Source: Patescibacteria group bacterium (GTDB lineage: Bacteria > Patescibacteriota > Patescibacteriia > Patescibacteriales > JBAZCA01). From it: 64,000 nt of DNA. The notes under the pieces were generated by a model. That model was not told the DNA's origin and ran no database searches. It saw only the letters and a list, made by a program, of their open reading frames with translations. This document shows, piece after piece, positions 18,084 to 26,426 of the stretch (the first letter of the stretch is position 1; each line of letters begins with the position of its first letter). A program made the position numbers and the translations under genes. Location of the stretch: the NCBI GenBank assembly GCA_041671125.1, contig JBAZCA010000001.1, positions 72,120 to 136,119 on the forward strand, given 5' to 3'.

Positions 18084-19004
18084 TTACAGCGGACTTTTTA
18101 TTTTTTCTAAAACATTTCCCGCCACCTTGGTATAAATTTGCGTCGTTTCCAGTTTAGCATGACCGAGGAGTTCCTGGATATACCTGATGTCGGTACCATT
18201 TTCCAGTAAATGCGTGGCAAAGCTGTGGCGCAGGCAGTGACAGGAAGCATGTTTTTTCACGCCGGATTTTTTTAAGGCATTGGAAAAAACTTTCTGCGCT
18301 GATCGCTCGGTTAACCGGTTCTTTTTACTTCCAGTCTCCGCGCCGCCATTTTTCAATTTTTCATCCACCGTTCCGGAATTCGCGTTTAGCACCCGGCTTC
18401 TCTCGCTTTCAAAAACATAATCATCCGGATTTTTACGGCAGACGTATTTTTTCAGGACGCCAATCATCTTTTCCGACATAATAGTTATCCGGTCTTTCTT
18501 GCCTTTGCCGGCGCGGATAAAAAGCATCATCCGGTCAAAATCAAGATCTTTGACTTTCAGCTTAACCGCCTCGGACACTCTTAATCCGGAGGAGTATATC
18601 AGTCCGAGCAGGAGCTTATGCTTCACATTCTGTATTGTCCCCAGTATTTTTTTAACTTCCTCTTTACTTAAGACTTCCGGCAGTTTTTTCGGCGTTTTTG
18701 CCCGCGGAATATTCATGAAAAACCGTCGGCAAAGAATTTTTTCAAAATAGAATTTCAGGGCGCTATAGGCGGTGTTCAGGGTGGATGCTGATTTGCCGTC
18801 ATCCGCCATTTTTTCAAGATAACCGCGGATATTCTCCGAAGTTACGTTTTTCGGCCCGGAATTTGCAAATCTTAGCGCGTCCGTGATATAATACAGATAA
18901 GATTTGATGGTCTTTCCGCTGAAATTACGCAATTTCATTTCCTGCTTCAGCTTTAATATCGGATCCTGGCTTGGATAATAATTCTGTTTCATACTTTGCT
19001 TCAT
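18084..19004 (-). CDS. Tyrosine recombinase, integron-integrase-like
   Basis: Catalytic set LRVSE / HCLRHSFATHLL / LLGHAKLETTQIYTKV. IntI1-like LKVKDLDFDRMMLFIRAGKGKKDR. Extra ~20-30 aa (ERSRVLNANSGTVDEKLKNGGAETGSKKNR) relative to XerC/D. Divergent from the cassette array. Confidence 0.7.
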   Translation of the reverse strand: MKQSMKQNYYPSQDPILKLKQEMKLRNFSGKTIKSYLYYITDALRFANSGPKNVTSENIRGYLEKMADDGKSASTLNTAYSALKFYFEKILCRRFFMNIPRAKTPKKLPEVLSKEEVKKILGTIQNVKHKLLLGLIYSSGLRVSEAVKLKVKDLDFDRMMLFIRAGKGKKDRITIMSEKMIGVLKKYVCRKNPDDYVFESERSRVLNANSGTVDEKLKNGGAETGSKKNRLTERSAQKVFSNALKKSGVKKHASCHCLRHSFATHLLENGTDIRYIQELLGHAKLETTQIYTKVAGNVLEKIKSPL

Positions 19005-19082
19005 ATCCCTCTTATGATTTAAAGTATCTACCGAAATTCTAGCTTATTTTAAACAACCAGTCAACGAGTTCGGATATAAGGA

Positions 19083-19089
19083 GTTAGGC
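19083..19089 (+). other. attI-like core site GTTAGGC (GTTRRRY)
   Basis: Located 79 nt from the recombinase start, on the cassette strand. TTAGGC complements the R'' box GCCTAAC of the first attC. Confidence 0.6.
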
Positions 19090-19141
19090 AAAATTGTGCT
19101 GATTTTTATTCATTAATCCTTAGCAATTAAATTTAAAACGC

Positions 19142-19723
19142 ATGAAGAAACTAACATTAATTATTTTTTTGTCTATTTTTGCGGCTATCTTTTCGGGTTG
19201 TACACAAAAGAACACTGAAACTAAAAATCTATCAAAGACTGACCCAATACAACAAACTGATGAAAAGCAAACCGTAGGATGGGTAAATTTTACAAGCCCG
19301 CTAAACGATTATACTCTGCAACACCCAAAAAACTGGATTACTGGTTCAATGGGAAAGTTATATACTACAATTAACAGCCCTGAAAACGAACAAAATAAAA
19401 AGGAGGGTGAGCAATATATGGATGATATTACAATTACTTACTATGAGAGCGGATATAATTTTGCCGGCTATTCAACTTTTATTGATTGGTTAAATGACAC
19501 CAGCAATCCTGATCGCAATATTTTCAACGTCAATAAAATTTCATTTGCTGGAATAGACGCCTGGGATATGGTAATGACCGGAAGTAGAACAGGTTATGTT
19601 ATCATGGTTGAAAATAACGAACATCTTTACCAAATCGGATTTAACAACAGGGTGTCAAAACCAAAGTTAACTAACATAGACAAAAAAATAATTAATTCGT
19701 TTAAATTTATAAACCAACAATAA
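19142..19723 (+). CDS. Cassette 1: lipoprotein, function unknown
   Basis: Signal peptide plus lipobox IFSGC. 193 aa. Followed by attC-like site 1. Confidence 0.65.
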   Translation: MKKLTLIIFLSIFAAIFSGCTQKNTETKNLSKTDPIQQTDEKQTVGWVNFTSPLNDYTLQHPKNWITGSMGKLYTTINSPENEQNKKEGEQYMDDITITYYESGYNFAGYSTFIDWLNDTSNPDRNIFNVNKISFAGIDAWDMVMTGSRTGYVIMVENNEHLYQIGFNNRVSKPKLTNIDKKIINSFKFINQQ

Positions 19724-19806
19724 AAATCAGCACAACTCAAGGGGGCGCTGCGCTTTCATTTTGGCTTTAATTTGATAAAATAATAATGAGGCTATAATGA
19801 ACCCTC

Positions 19807-19904
19807 GCCTAACAAGTGATAACCGGAAAATGCCTCAGCTCGGCATTTTCCCAAATTTGTTTTCCCTTCGGTCAAACGAACTTCGGTTATCGCTAACGTT
19901 ATAC
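19807..19904 (+). other. attC-like site 1 (98 bp)
   Basis: R'' GCCTAAC (19807-19813) and R' GTTATAC (19898-19904). Inner arms gataaccgga (19818-27) and ttcggttatc (19882-91). Central hairpin aaaatgcc/ggcatttt. Confidence 0.65.
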
Positions 19905-19939
19905 GATATGACAAAAATCCCTTTATTAGATAGATTTGC

Positions 19940-19969
19940 TTGAAAAAAGCATGGTTCTTGAGTTATAAT
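19940..19969 (+). promoter_or_regulatory. Candidate cassette-internal promoter
   Basis: TTGAAA (19940-45), 18-nt spacer, TATAAT (19964-69). Lies 20 nt upstream of the 19990 ATG. Confidence 0.45.
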
Positions 19970-19989
19970 ACAACAATTAACTAAAATAT

Positions 19990-20694
19990 ATGTTTGAAAA
20001 ATTATTAGGAAAAACAGGCTCCGCAAAAGAAGCACAAAAAGGAAATGATTTTGGTTTTGAATCTTCAATCAAGGACACGCGACAAGAAATAGACGACGTA
20101 ATAGATCCAAAAGCAACGAAACTTATCATAGAAAGAGAAGATGGTACTGCTGAAAATAGTTCATCTAAACAACGCTTCGATGTAAAGCTTTTGAATCTTG
20201 GACGAAGTCAAATTAATAAACCTTATAGCTATTATCGTTTGTCAAATTTGTCAAGAACAGATAACATTCAAGTTTTAATGAGAACTGATCAGGGTTTAAA
20301 AAATATTCGTCTTCCTGAACAGATGTTATCAAATATTGCAAGGTTCATCAGGGAAGATTCAAAACCAAGAGAAGAAAGATTTGATTGTGCTTCTTTTGCT
20401 CATCTTGTAAACGACATACCCTATGAATTTGGTAATTATCAAGCTAAAAATTGGGATATGCGTTTATTAAGCGACGAAAATAACCTTAAACCAGGTGATA
20501 CAATTGCCATAGCAAATACAGACAATCCTAATAATTTTTCAAACGGAGACATAACTCATTTCGGAATCTATTTAGGAGATAGTCTTTATCTTTCAAAGTT
20601 TGGAAATAAAGGAAAGTTAATCGTTGCGAATCTTGAAGAAATGAAAAAAGGATTTGGTGGAGACTATTTTTTTCAAGCAAATCCAAAAAAATAA
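19990..20694 (+). CDS. Cassette 2: NlpC/P60-like (papain-fold) cysteine peptidase/amidase family protein
   Basis: Cys motif RFDCASFAHLV and His motif GDITHFGIYLGDSLYLSKFG, in the order and spacing typical of NlpC/P60. No signal peptide. Confidence 0.55.
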   Translation: MFEKLLGKTGSAKEAQKGNDFGFESSIKDTRQEIDDVIDPKATKLIIEREDGTAENSSSKQRFDVKLLNLGRSQINKPYSYYRLSNLSRTDNIQVLMRTDQGLKNIRLPEQMLSNIARFIREDSKPREERFDCASFAHLVNDIPYEFGNYQAKNWDMRLLSDENNLKPGDTIAIANTDNPNNFSNGDITHFGIYLGDSLYLSKFGNKGKLIVANLEEMKKGFGGDYFFQANPKK

Positions 20695-20714
20695 GGAAGG
20701 ATTTTTGTCACATC

Positions 20715-20859
20715 GTATAACAGCGTGTATCTGGTTCGGCAGATTTGACGCAATTAGATTCAATAGGAATGTCAAATCAGCCTCTCCCAAATTTCGCAAA
20801 AAACAATTAGATTTTCAAAGGAATTTTTGCGAAACTTCAGATACACGCGAACGTTAGAC
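20715..20859 (+). other. attC-like site 2 (145 bp)
   Basis: R'' GTATAAC (20715-21) and R' GTTAGAC (20853-59). Perfect 11-bp inner arms gcgtgtatctg (20723-33) and cagatacacgc (20838-48). Additional internal stems. Confidence 0.7.
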
Positions 20860-20989
20860 AAAATGTGCTCGCTCCGCTCGCGTAATATTTCCTCTATATT
20901 TTTGAAAAGAATTTTTGGCAATTTTGCGGGTCGATAAATCAATGTCTCATAAAAAATAATCTAAGTAAATAATTAAATAAATTATATTT

Positions 20990-21208
20990 ATGCAAAAATC
21001 AAAAATATCAGGAATTTTAATGATTTCCTCGGCTATAATTCTCATAGTCTTAATAATTGGGTATGCTGTTTTATTTTCTGTTTTTGGAATCAATTCCGGT
21101 GGATCATTTTTAATGATCACCCCCCTACTTATAATCGCTATTGCCCTAATTATAGCTCTATCTTTTCTTTTACGCGCAGGAATTAAACAAATAAAAAATA
21201 AAAAATAA
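20990..21208 (+). CDS. Cassette 3: small two-TM membrane protein
   Basis: 72 aa, two hydrophobic stretches. This is the only ORF in the cassette orientation. Confidence 0.4.
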   Translation: MQKSKISGILMISSAIILIVLIIGYAVLFSVFGINSGGSFLMITPLLIIAIALIIALSFLLRAGIKQIKNKK

Positions 21209-21275
21209 TTTAACATTGCCTCATTATGAAGAATTGCCAAAAATTTTTTATTAGTACAAAATTTTTAGTTTCATC

Positions 21276-21473
21276 GCCTAACAACGCATATCTGGCTACA
21301 GGAAATTGACTTATAGATATTAATAAGGAGTGTCAATTTCCCTCCGCCCAAATTTTCATCCCTTAGTTTTGATGAAGGTTTAGGTAGAGATAATTAAACA
21401 AAGCATTGTCTGAAACAAAAGTTTATCCCGCTAAGTCGGGATGAAAACTTCAGATGATACGTAAACGTTAGAC
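21276..21473 (+). other. attC-like site 3 (198 bp, imperfect)
   Basis: R'' GCCTAAC (21276-82) and R' GTTAGAC (21467-73). Inner arms gcatatctg / cagatgatacg pair with a bulged G. Its 3' end (21448-21497) is nearly identical to that of site 2 (20835-20883). Confidence 0.5.
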
Positions 21474-21580
21474 AAAATGTGCTCGCTCCGCTCGCGATTT
21501 TCCTGAACGCGCGCGGGTGCTCCTCGTCCGGCTCTTTCGCTCGCTGCGCCTGCCTGCCGGCAGGCAGGCTCGCACACATC

Positions 21581-21587
21581 GTCTAAC
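21581..21587 (+). other. Orphan R'' box GTCTAAC of an eroded fourth cassette
   Basis: Exact complement of GTTAGAC at 21467-73. No partner R' box before tRNA-Arg. Confidence 0.4.
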
Positions 21588-21676
21588 TCGGGATATCCGA
21601 AATGCCCTCCAGCCGGTCGCTTCCTGCCTATCGGCAGGCAGGGAACCTGCAAAATAGAGTCTAGATGAAAAAATTG

Positions 21677-21748
21677 TGTCCCCGGCAGGAATCGAACCTG
21701 CATCACAAGTTCCGGAAACTTGCGTCCTATCCATTGAACGACGGAGAC
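21677..21748 (-). tRNA. tRNA-Arg (anticodon CCG)
   Basis: GTCTCCG...CGGGGACA acceptor stem. Anticodon arm CAAGT-TTCCGGA-ACTTG. T-arm GCAGGTTCGATTCCTGC. No encoded CCA. Confidence 0.9.
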
Positions 21749-21839
21749 ATACGAATTTTCAATTGCCAATTTACGATTTTCAATTAATAGTATGACGAAT
21801 TTAGCGGAAAAATGAATTTTTCACGCTTATCCGTGCTAC

Positions 21840-23093
21840 TCATTCATACCGCAAAGCTTCAATCGGGTCAAGCCTGCCGGCTTTATCCGCCGGATAAAGC
21901 CCAAAAATAAGGCCGACAAAACCGGAAACGCCGACCGCGAGCAGGATTGAAATAATTGAAATACTAAATTCCCATTCATAACCCAAAGCGCCTGCGACTA
22001 AGGCGACGAGAAAAGCAATCAGGGTTCCAAAAATTATGCCGGCAATCCCGCCGATCAGGGTTATGGCCATGGATTCAACGAGGAACTGGCTCAGGATATT
22101 CGCGCGCGTCGCTCCCACCGCTTTCCTTAAACCGATTTCGCGCGTCCGCTCCGAAACCGAAACCAGCATGATGTTCATGATGCCGATACCGCCGACTAAA
22201 AGCGAGATGGCCGCCATGGCCGCTAAAAAATATTTTAAAGCGTCGGTAACCGTTGTGATCGTGTCCAGCGCTTCGGAAGCGCTCTGCACGGTAAAATCGT
22301 CCTGGTCGCCCGAAAGGTCGGTTATGTTATGCTGTTCGCGCAAGGTTTTTTCTATATCGGCGATGACCCGGCCGATATTTTCTTCGCTATCCGCTTTGGC
22401 TCGGGCCATGGTAATATGGTTAATGCCGAGAATTAATTTTTGGGCGGTTGAAATCGGGATTAATATCTGGTCATCGTAATTCTGGAAAGCCACGGTTCCC
22501 TTTTCAGCCATCACGCCGATCACTTCAAAGCCGTGCTTTTTTATTTTTATCTTATGGCCGATCGCTTCGCTCTGGCCGAATAGATCCTCTTTTACTTTGG
22601 ATCCCAAAACCGCGACCCGGGCAAGACTCCTTTCTTCGTCTTCAGTAAAAAACCGCCCTTCTTCAACATTACTGGATTCAATTTCCGTGTAACTCGCTGT
22701 TGTTCCGTTCAGGTTCGTATCCAGCTCGTTATTTTCCCAGACAACGGTTTCCACGCCTTTGACGTAAGCGGCCGCGTTAAGAAGATTGGGGACGTTATTT
22801 TTTTTCTTTAGCGCCTCTATATCGTCGTAAGTAAGGGTAGTAATTACTATTCCCATAACCGAGGCCGGCGGGCCTTTGTCGTCCGACTTCCCCGGCAGGA
22901 TGCCGATCAAGTCGCTCCCGATGCCTTTAATCTGCGCGAGAATCAGGCTCTGCGCTCCGGCGCCGACCGCCATGATAATAATTACCGCCGCCACGCCGAT
23001 TATAATCCCGAGCATGGTCAAAAAGCTCCTTGTCTTATTAGCAAGGAGCGCGCGGAATGAATTTTTAAAGCTTTGGGTAAAAAAAGTAAGCAT
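21840..23093 (-). CDS. ABC transporter permease, MacB/FtsX family (paralogue A)
   Basis: 417 aa with the same architecture as 16755..18008 (ERTREIGLRKAVGATRANILSQFLVES). Confidence 0.85.
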   Translation of the reverse strand: MLTFFTQSFKNSFRALLANKTRSFLTMLGIIIGVAAVIIIMAVGAGAQSLILAQIKGIGSDLIGILPGKSDDKGPPASVMGIVITTLTYDDIEALKKKNNVPNLLNAAAYVKGVETVVWENNELDTNLNGTTASYTEIESSNVEEGRFFTEDEERSLARVAVLGSKVKEDLFGQSEAIGHKIKIKKHGFEVIGVMAEKGTVAFQNYDDQILIPISTAQKLILGINHITMARAKADSEENIGRVIADIEKTLREQHNITDLSGDQDDFTVQSASEALDTITTVTDALKYFLAAMAAISLLVGGIGIMNIMLVSVSERTREIGLRKAVGATRANILSQFLVESMAITLIGGIAGIIFGTLIAFLVALVAGALGYEWEFSISIISILLAVGVSGFVGLIFGLYPADKAGRLDPIEALRYE

Positions 23094-23096
23094 TTT

Positions 23097-23816
23097 TTAT
23101 TTCAGCATCTCTCCGTCTTTCGCTATCCTTCTCTTTGCCACGAGGTAATCATCAACAATTCTTCCGTCCATGATTTTAATAATCCGTTTCGCGTGCTCCG
23201 AGGTGTAGGTTTCATGGGTGACCATGACAATCGTATTGCCTTCGTTATTTAAGTGCTGGAGGATTTCCATGATCTGGGTTCCGGATTTTGAATCAAGGTT
23301 GCCGGTCGGCTCGTCGGCGAAGATTATTGACGGCTCGTTGACGAGCGCCCGGGCGATCGCCACCCTTTGCTTTTCGCCGCCCGAAATCTGGTTGGTAAAA
23401 TAGGTGAGCCGGTGTTCCAACCCGACGTTTTTTAAAATCGCTCCGGCCCGGCTGTCCATGCTGGATTTATCATTAGAATAAGCAAGCGGCAATTTTACGT
23501 TTTCCAGAACAGAGGTTCTCGGGAGAAGGTTAAAGGCCTGAAAAACAAAGCCGATTTTTTCGTTACGCATCTTCGCCAGTTCGTTATCGGATAATTTAGT
23601 GACGTCCACGCCCTCAAATTCATACAGGCCGGAAGAGGCGCGGTCTAAAAGCCCGAGGATATGCATTAGCGTTGATTTTCCCGAACCGGACGGACCCATG
23701 ATTGAAACAAACTCGCCTTTCTCTATTTTAAAAGTTATCCCGCGCAGAACGCGGGTTTCAATATCTCCTGATAAATAAACTTTTTGGAGGTTTTCCACGT
23801 TAATTAGAATGGACAT
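23097..23816 (-). CDS. ABC transporter ATP-binding protein (MacB/LolD type)
   Basis: Walker [10 protein letters not shown], signature [15 protein letters not shown], Walker [13 protein letters not shown]. Confidence 0.93.
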   Translation of the reverse strand: MSILINVENLQKVYLSGDIETRVLRGITFKIEKGEFVSIMGPSGSGKSTLMHILGLLDRASSGLYEFEGVDVTKLSDNELAKMRNEKIGFVFQAFNLLPRTSVLENVKLPLAYSNDKSSMDSRAGAILKNVGLEHRLTYFTNQISGGEKQRVAIARALVNEPSIIFADEPTGNLDSKSGTQIMEILQHLNNEGNTIVMVTHETYTSEHAKRIIKIMDGRIVDDYLVAKRRIAKDGEMLK

Positions 23817-23924
23817 GATATAAAATTTTTAATTTTGTAATTTTTAATTTTTAAACAATTTCAAATTTTTCAATGACTTAATTTCCAAACATTTAATCAT
23901 TGAATAATTAATACATTAAAAATT

Positions 23925-25868
23925 TTATTTTATTTCTTTCACGAAAGTCACAACTTCATCCCCTTCTTTAACTCCGGAAATAACTTCCACCATGCCTTCG
24001 TCGCCTTTTAAGCCGATTTCCACCGGAATTTCTTTTAATTCTTCGTTCCGGAGGACGCGGACAAACTTGCCAAGGCCGTTTTTATCAACAACCGCCCTTT
24101 GTGGCATAATTAATACATCGTCTTTTTTAGCGGCAAAAATGTCAATATTGGCGGTCATGCCGGCTTTTATTGCCGCGAGGCTCTCGGGGATTAACGCTTC
24201 ATTTTTCGCGCCTTCCGGCAATATGCTCGCCTTAACTTTGTAATAAACCACGTCCTGGATTATGGTTGGAGCCGTGTCAATAAAATAAACCCGACCGATA
24301 AACTTCTTCTCGGTCCCAAAGGCGTCAAAAGTAATTTCACACTCGTTTCCTAGGCTGATTTTTGAAACGTCAATTTCCGAGATATCCACCCGGGCGTTAA
24401 AATCATTGTCGCCGACAATGATTACAGCCGGAGAATTGGCCGTAACGGTTTCACCGATGTCAAAATTAATCCTGGTTATTGTCCCGGCTATCGGCGCCTT
24501 AATAATACTGTCTTCAATCTGTCTCTCTATCGCCTCCAGTCCGGCTTGAGCCTGGGTTAGATTCGCTTCGGCCGCCCGGATGTCATAATCGTTTGATCCG
24601 GAAAGGATTTTATCAAGGCTCGCCTTAGCCGAATCAAGCGATTTTTCCGCCGCGTTTACTTTTGATTCGCCTGCTGTTATCTCTCGTTCGCCGGAAGCCT
24701 TCGCGCTTAGAACGCTGTTTTTCGCTGACTGGAGGGCGTTATCAAAACTAGCCCGGGAAAGATTCAGGTTTTCTTCGGCTTCCCGGACTTTAAGGTCATA
24801 ATTGGAAATTGCCGTATCAAGGCTTTGTTCCGCGGCATCCAGGCTCTGAATACCGGCGCTAATAATCCCGATTTGGGCGGAGATGGAAATTTTGTAAGCG
24901 TCTAACTCAGCCTGGGTGAAAGACGAAGAAGTAAGGCTCTTTTCCAGCCCTTTAAAGCAGTTTTCCAGCGTGTCTAAGGAAGAATTGAGAAGATCCTGCG
25001 CGCCGCCAGCCGCCTTTTTTACTTTATCATCAGACCGGTCAGCCCGGGCCGCGGCAACCGACGCTTCAACTCCGGGAATTTTTCCGGAAGCTGACGCAGC
25101 GCCGTTTTTCGTGTTGGTTGAAAATTGCGGATCCCTGACGCTAAACAGCGTATCAGCGTCATCATCCTCCAGTACCGCGTTAACTTTATCCAAAGCCGTC
25201 CGGCTATCTAAAATAGCGTCATCCGCTGTTGTTAAGGCGTTGGTTTTCGCCGTTTCCAGGGACGCGAGATAAGTCGTTTTTGCGGTTTTTAGCGCCGCTT
25301 CGGCCTGAGTAATCGCCTGCTCGTAAGTAGTTATGTTTTCCGACGCGGCGCTTTCAAGATCGCTTAAATTCTTTCGCGCCTGCCGTTCGTTTTCAACGAC
25401 TGTATTTTTTACTTTAACCAATTCGGCGGAAGCCGCGGAAAAAGCCGCTTCGGCCTGCGCGACGTTGGCCTGCGCGACTTTAATTTCCTCACCGCTCGCG
25501 CCGCTCAAAAGCTTCTGCAGATTGGCGCTCGCGGCCGTCACTCCGGCCGACGCTTCTTTTTCTTTTATGGTGAGCGCACCATAATCCAGCTCGGCGATCG
25601 CTGAGCTGGCTTCAGCCCTTTCCCCTTCTTTAAAATAAATTTTTTCCAGCCGTCCGGAAAGAGGAAAAGCAAGGTTAAGGTCGTCGCTCGCTTCAACGAT
25701 CCCGGTTTCCGAAACCGTCTGTTTTATGGTTCCTTTTTCAACTTTAGCCAAAGTGTATTCGGGCTGTTTTTCCTTATTAAAAAATATGAACCAGCCCGCG
25801 ATAAAAACCGCGGGTATAATAATTAGGAGCCATTTTTTACTGAGTAAAATTCTAAATATTTTCTTCAT
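23925..25868 (-). CDS. HlyD/MacA-type periplasmic adaptor with very long coiled-coil hairpin
   Basis: N-terminal TM. Lipoyl-like halves (GIVEASDDLNLAFPLSGRLEKIYFKEG ... IKAPIAGTITRINFDIGE). About 350 aa of Ala/Glu/Ser-rich coiled coil. Confidence 0.8.
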   Translation of the reverse strand: MKKIFRILLSKKWLLIIIPAVFIAGWFIFFNKEKQPEYTLAKVEKGTIKQTVSETGIVEASDDLNLAFPLSGRLEKIYFKEGERAEASSAIAELDYGALTIKEKEASAGVTAASANLQKLLSGASGEEIKVAQANVAQAEAAFSAASAELVKVKNTVVENERQARKNLSDLESAASENITTYEQAITQAEAALKTAKTTYLASLETAKTNALTTADDAILDSRTALDKVNAVLEDDDADTLFSVRDPQFSTNTKNGAASASGKIPGVEASVAAARADRSDDKVKKAAGGAQDLLNSSLDTLENCFKGLEKSLTSSSFTQAELDAYKISISAQIGIISAGIQSLDAAEQSLDTAISNYDLKVREAEENLNLSRASFDNALQSAKNSVLSAKASGEREITAGESKVNAAEKSLDSAKASLDKILSGSNDYDIRAAEANLTQAQAGLEAIERQIEDSIIKAPIAGTITRINFDIGETVTANSPAVIIVGDNDFNARVDISEIDVSKISLGNECEITFDAFGTEKKFIGRVYFIDTAPTIIQDVVYYKVKASILPEGAKNEALIPESLAAIKAGMTANIDIFAAKKDDVLIMPQRAVVDKNGLGKFVRVLRNEELKEIPVEIGLKGDEGMVEVISGVKEGDEVVTFVKEIK

Positions 25869-25871
25869 AAA

Positions 25872-26282
25872 TTATCGCTTTTCCAGGTTAGAAATTATTT
25901 TTACCACCTTTTCAACAAATTCATCGGTATTTAGTTCATTTTTAATCAGGTAATGGCTTACTCCGAGCTTAAGCCCTTTTTCCCGGCTCTCGGAATCGTT
26001 TAAATCGGTAAAAGCAAAAACCGGCAGTCCGGCCAGTCCGCCGGGCGCTTTGATCGCGGACAATACTTTAAACCCGTCAGCCTTAGGAAGAATTAAGTCA
26101 AGGATAAGATAATCCGGCTTAGCGGCGACTATTCTTCCGGCAATCTCGGACTCGGACTCATTTCCCGGACTGACCGCCACTTCAAAACCGGCCACGGAAA
26201 ATTTAGCCTGCAGGCCATACAGAATATTAGCGTCATCTTCAACGATAAATAATTTTTTACGCATATTTTTTTCCTGCCTCAC
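25872..26282 (-). CDS. Stand-alone response-regulator receiver domain protein
   Basis: KKLFIVEDDANILYGL...PDYLILDLILPKADGFKVL...FAFTDL. No output domain. First gene of the efflux operon. Confidence 0.8.
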   Translation of the reverse strand: MRQEKNMRKKLFIVEDDANILYGLQAKFSVAGFEVAVSPGNESESEIAGRIVAAKPDYLILDLILPKADGFKVLSAIKAPGGLAGLPVFAFTDLNDSESREKGLKLGVSHYLIKNELNTDEFVEKVVKIISNLEKR

Positions 26283-26319
26283 GCCCTTGGTAATTTTTAA
26301 ACACGTTCATTCTCCGTCT

Positions 26320-26355
26320 CCCCTTTCCAAGCCGGCGCGCCGGCTTGGAAAGGGG
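26320..26355. repeat. Perfect 36-nt GC-rich palindrome (terminator-like)
   Basis: cccctttccaagccggcgcgccggcttggaaagggg, located between the fpg stop and the receiver gene start. Confidence 0.8.
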
Positions 26356-26426
26356 CTGGGGGTGAGGCCATTCACCTAAATTATCGCACAAAACAGTCCA
26401 AATGAAAAGTTGTTTTGCCGACCTGC

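Larger units (their letters stand above)
18084..21600. mobile_element. Integron: intI-like gene, attI core, three attC-bounded cassettes and one eroded unit
   Basis: See the attI and attC features. The 6-nt start of each cassette complements its own downstream R'' box. Confidence 0.7.

Noticed and set aside
21394-21769. Three overlapping minus-strand ORFs (61, 88 and 112 aa)
   Set aside because: They run across attC-like sequence, GC palindromes and the tRNA-Arg gene itself, in mutually exclusive frames. They are artefacts of a GC-rich non-coding patch.
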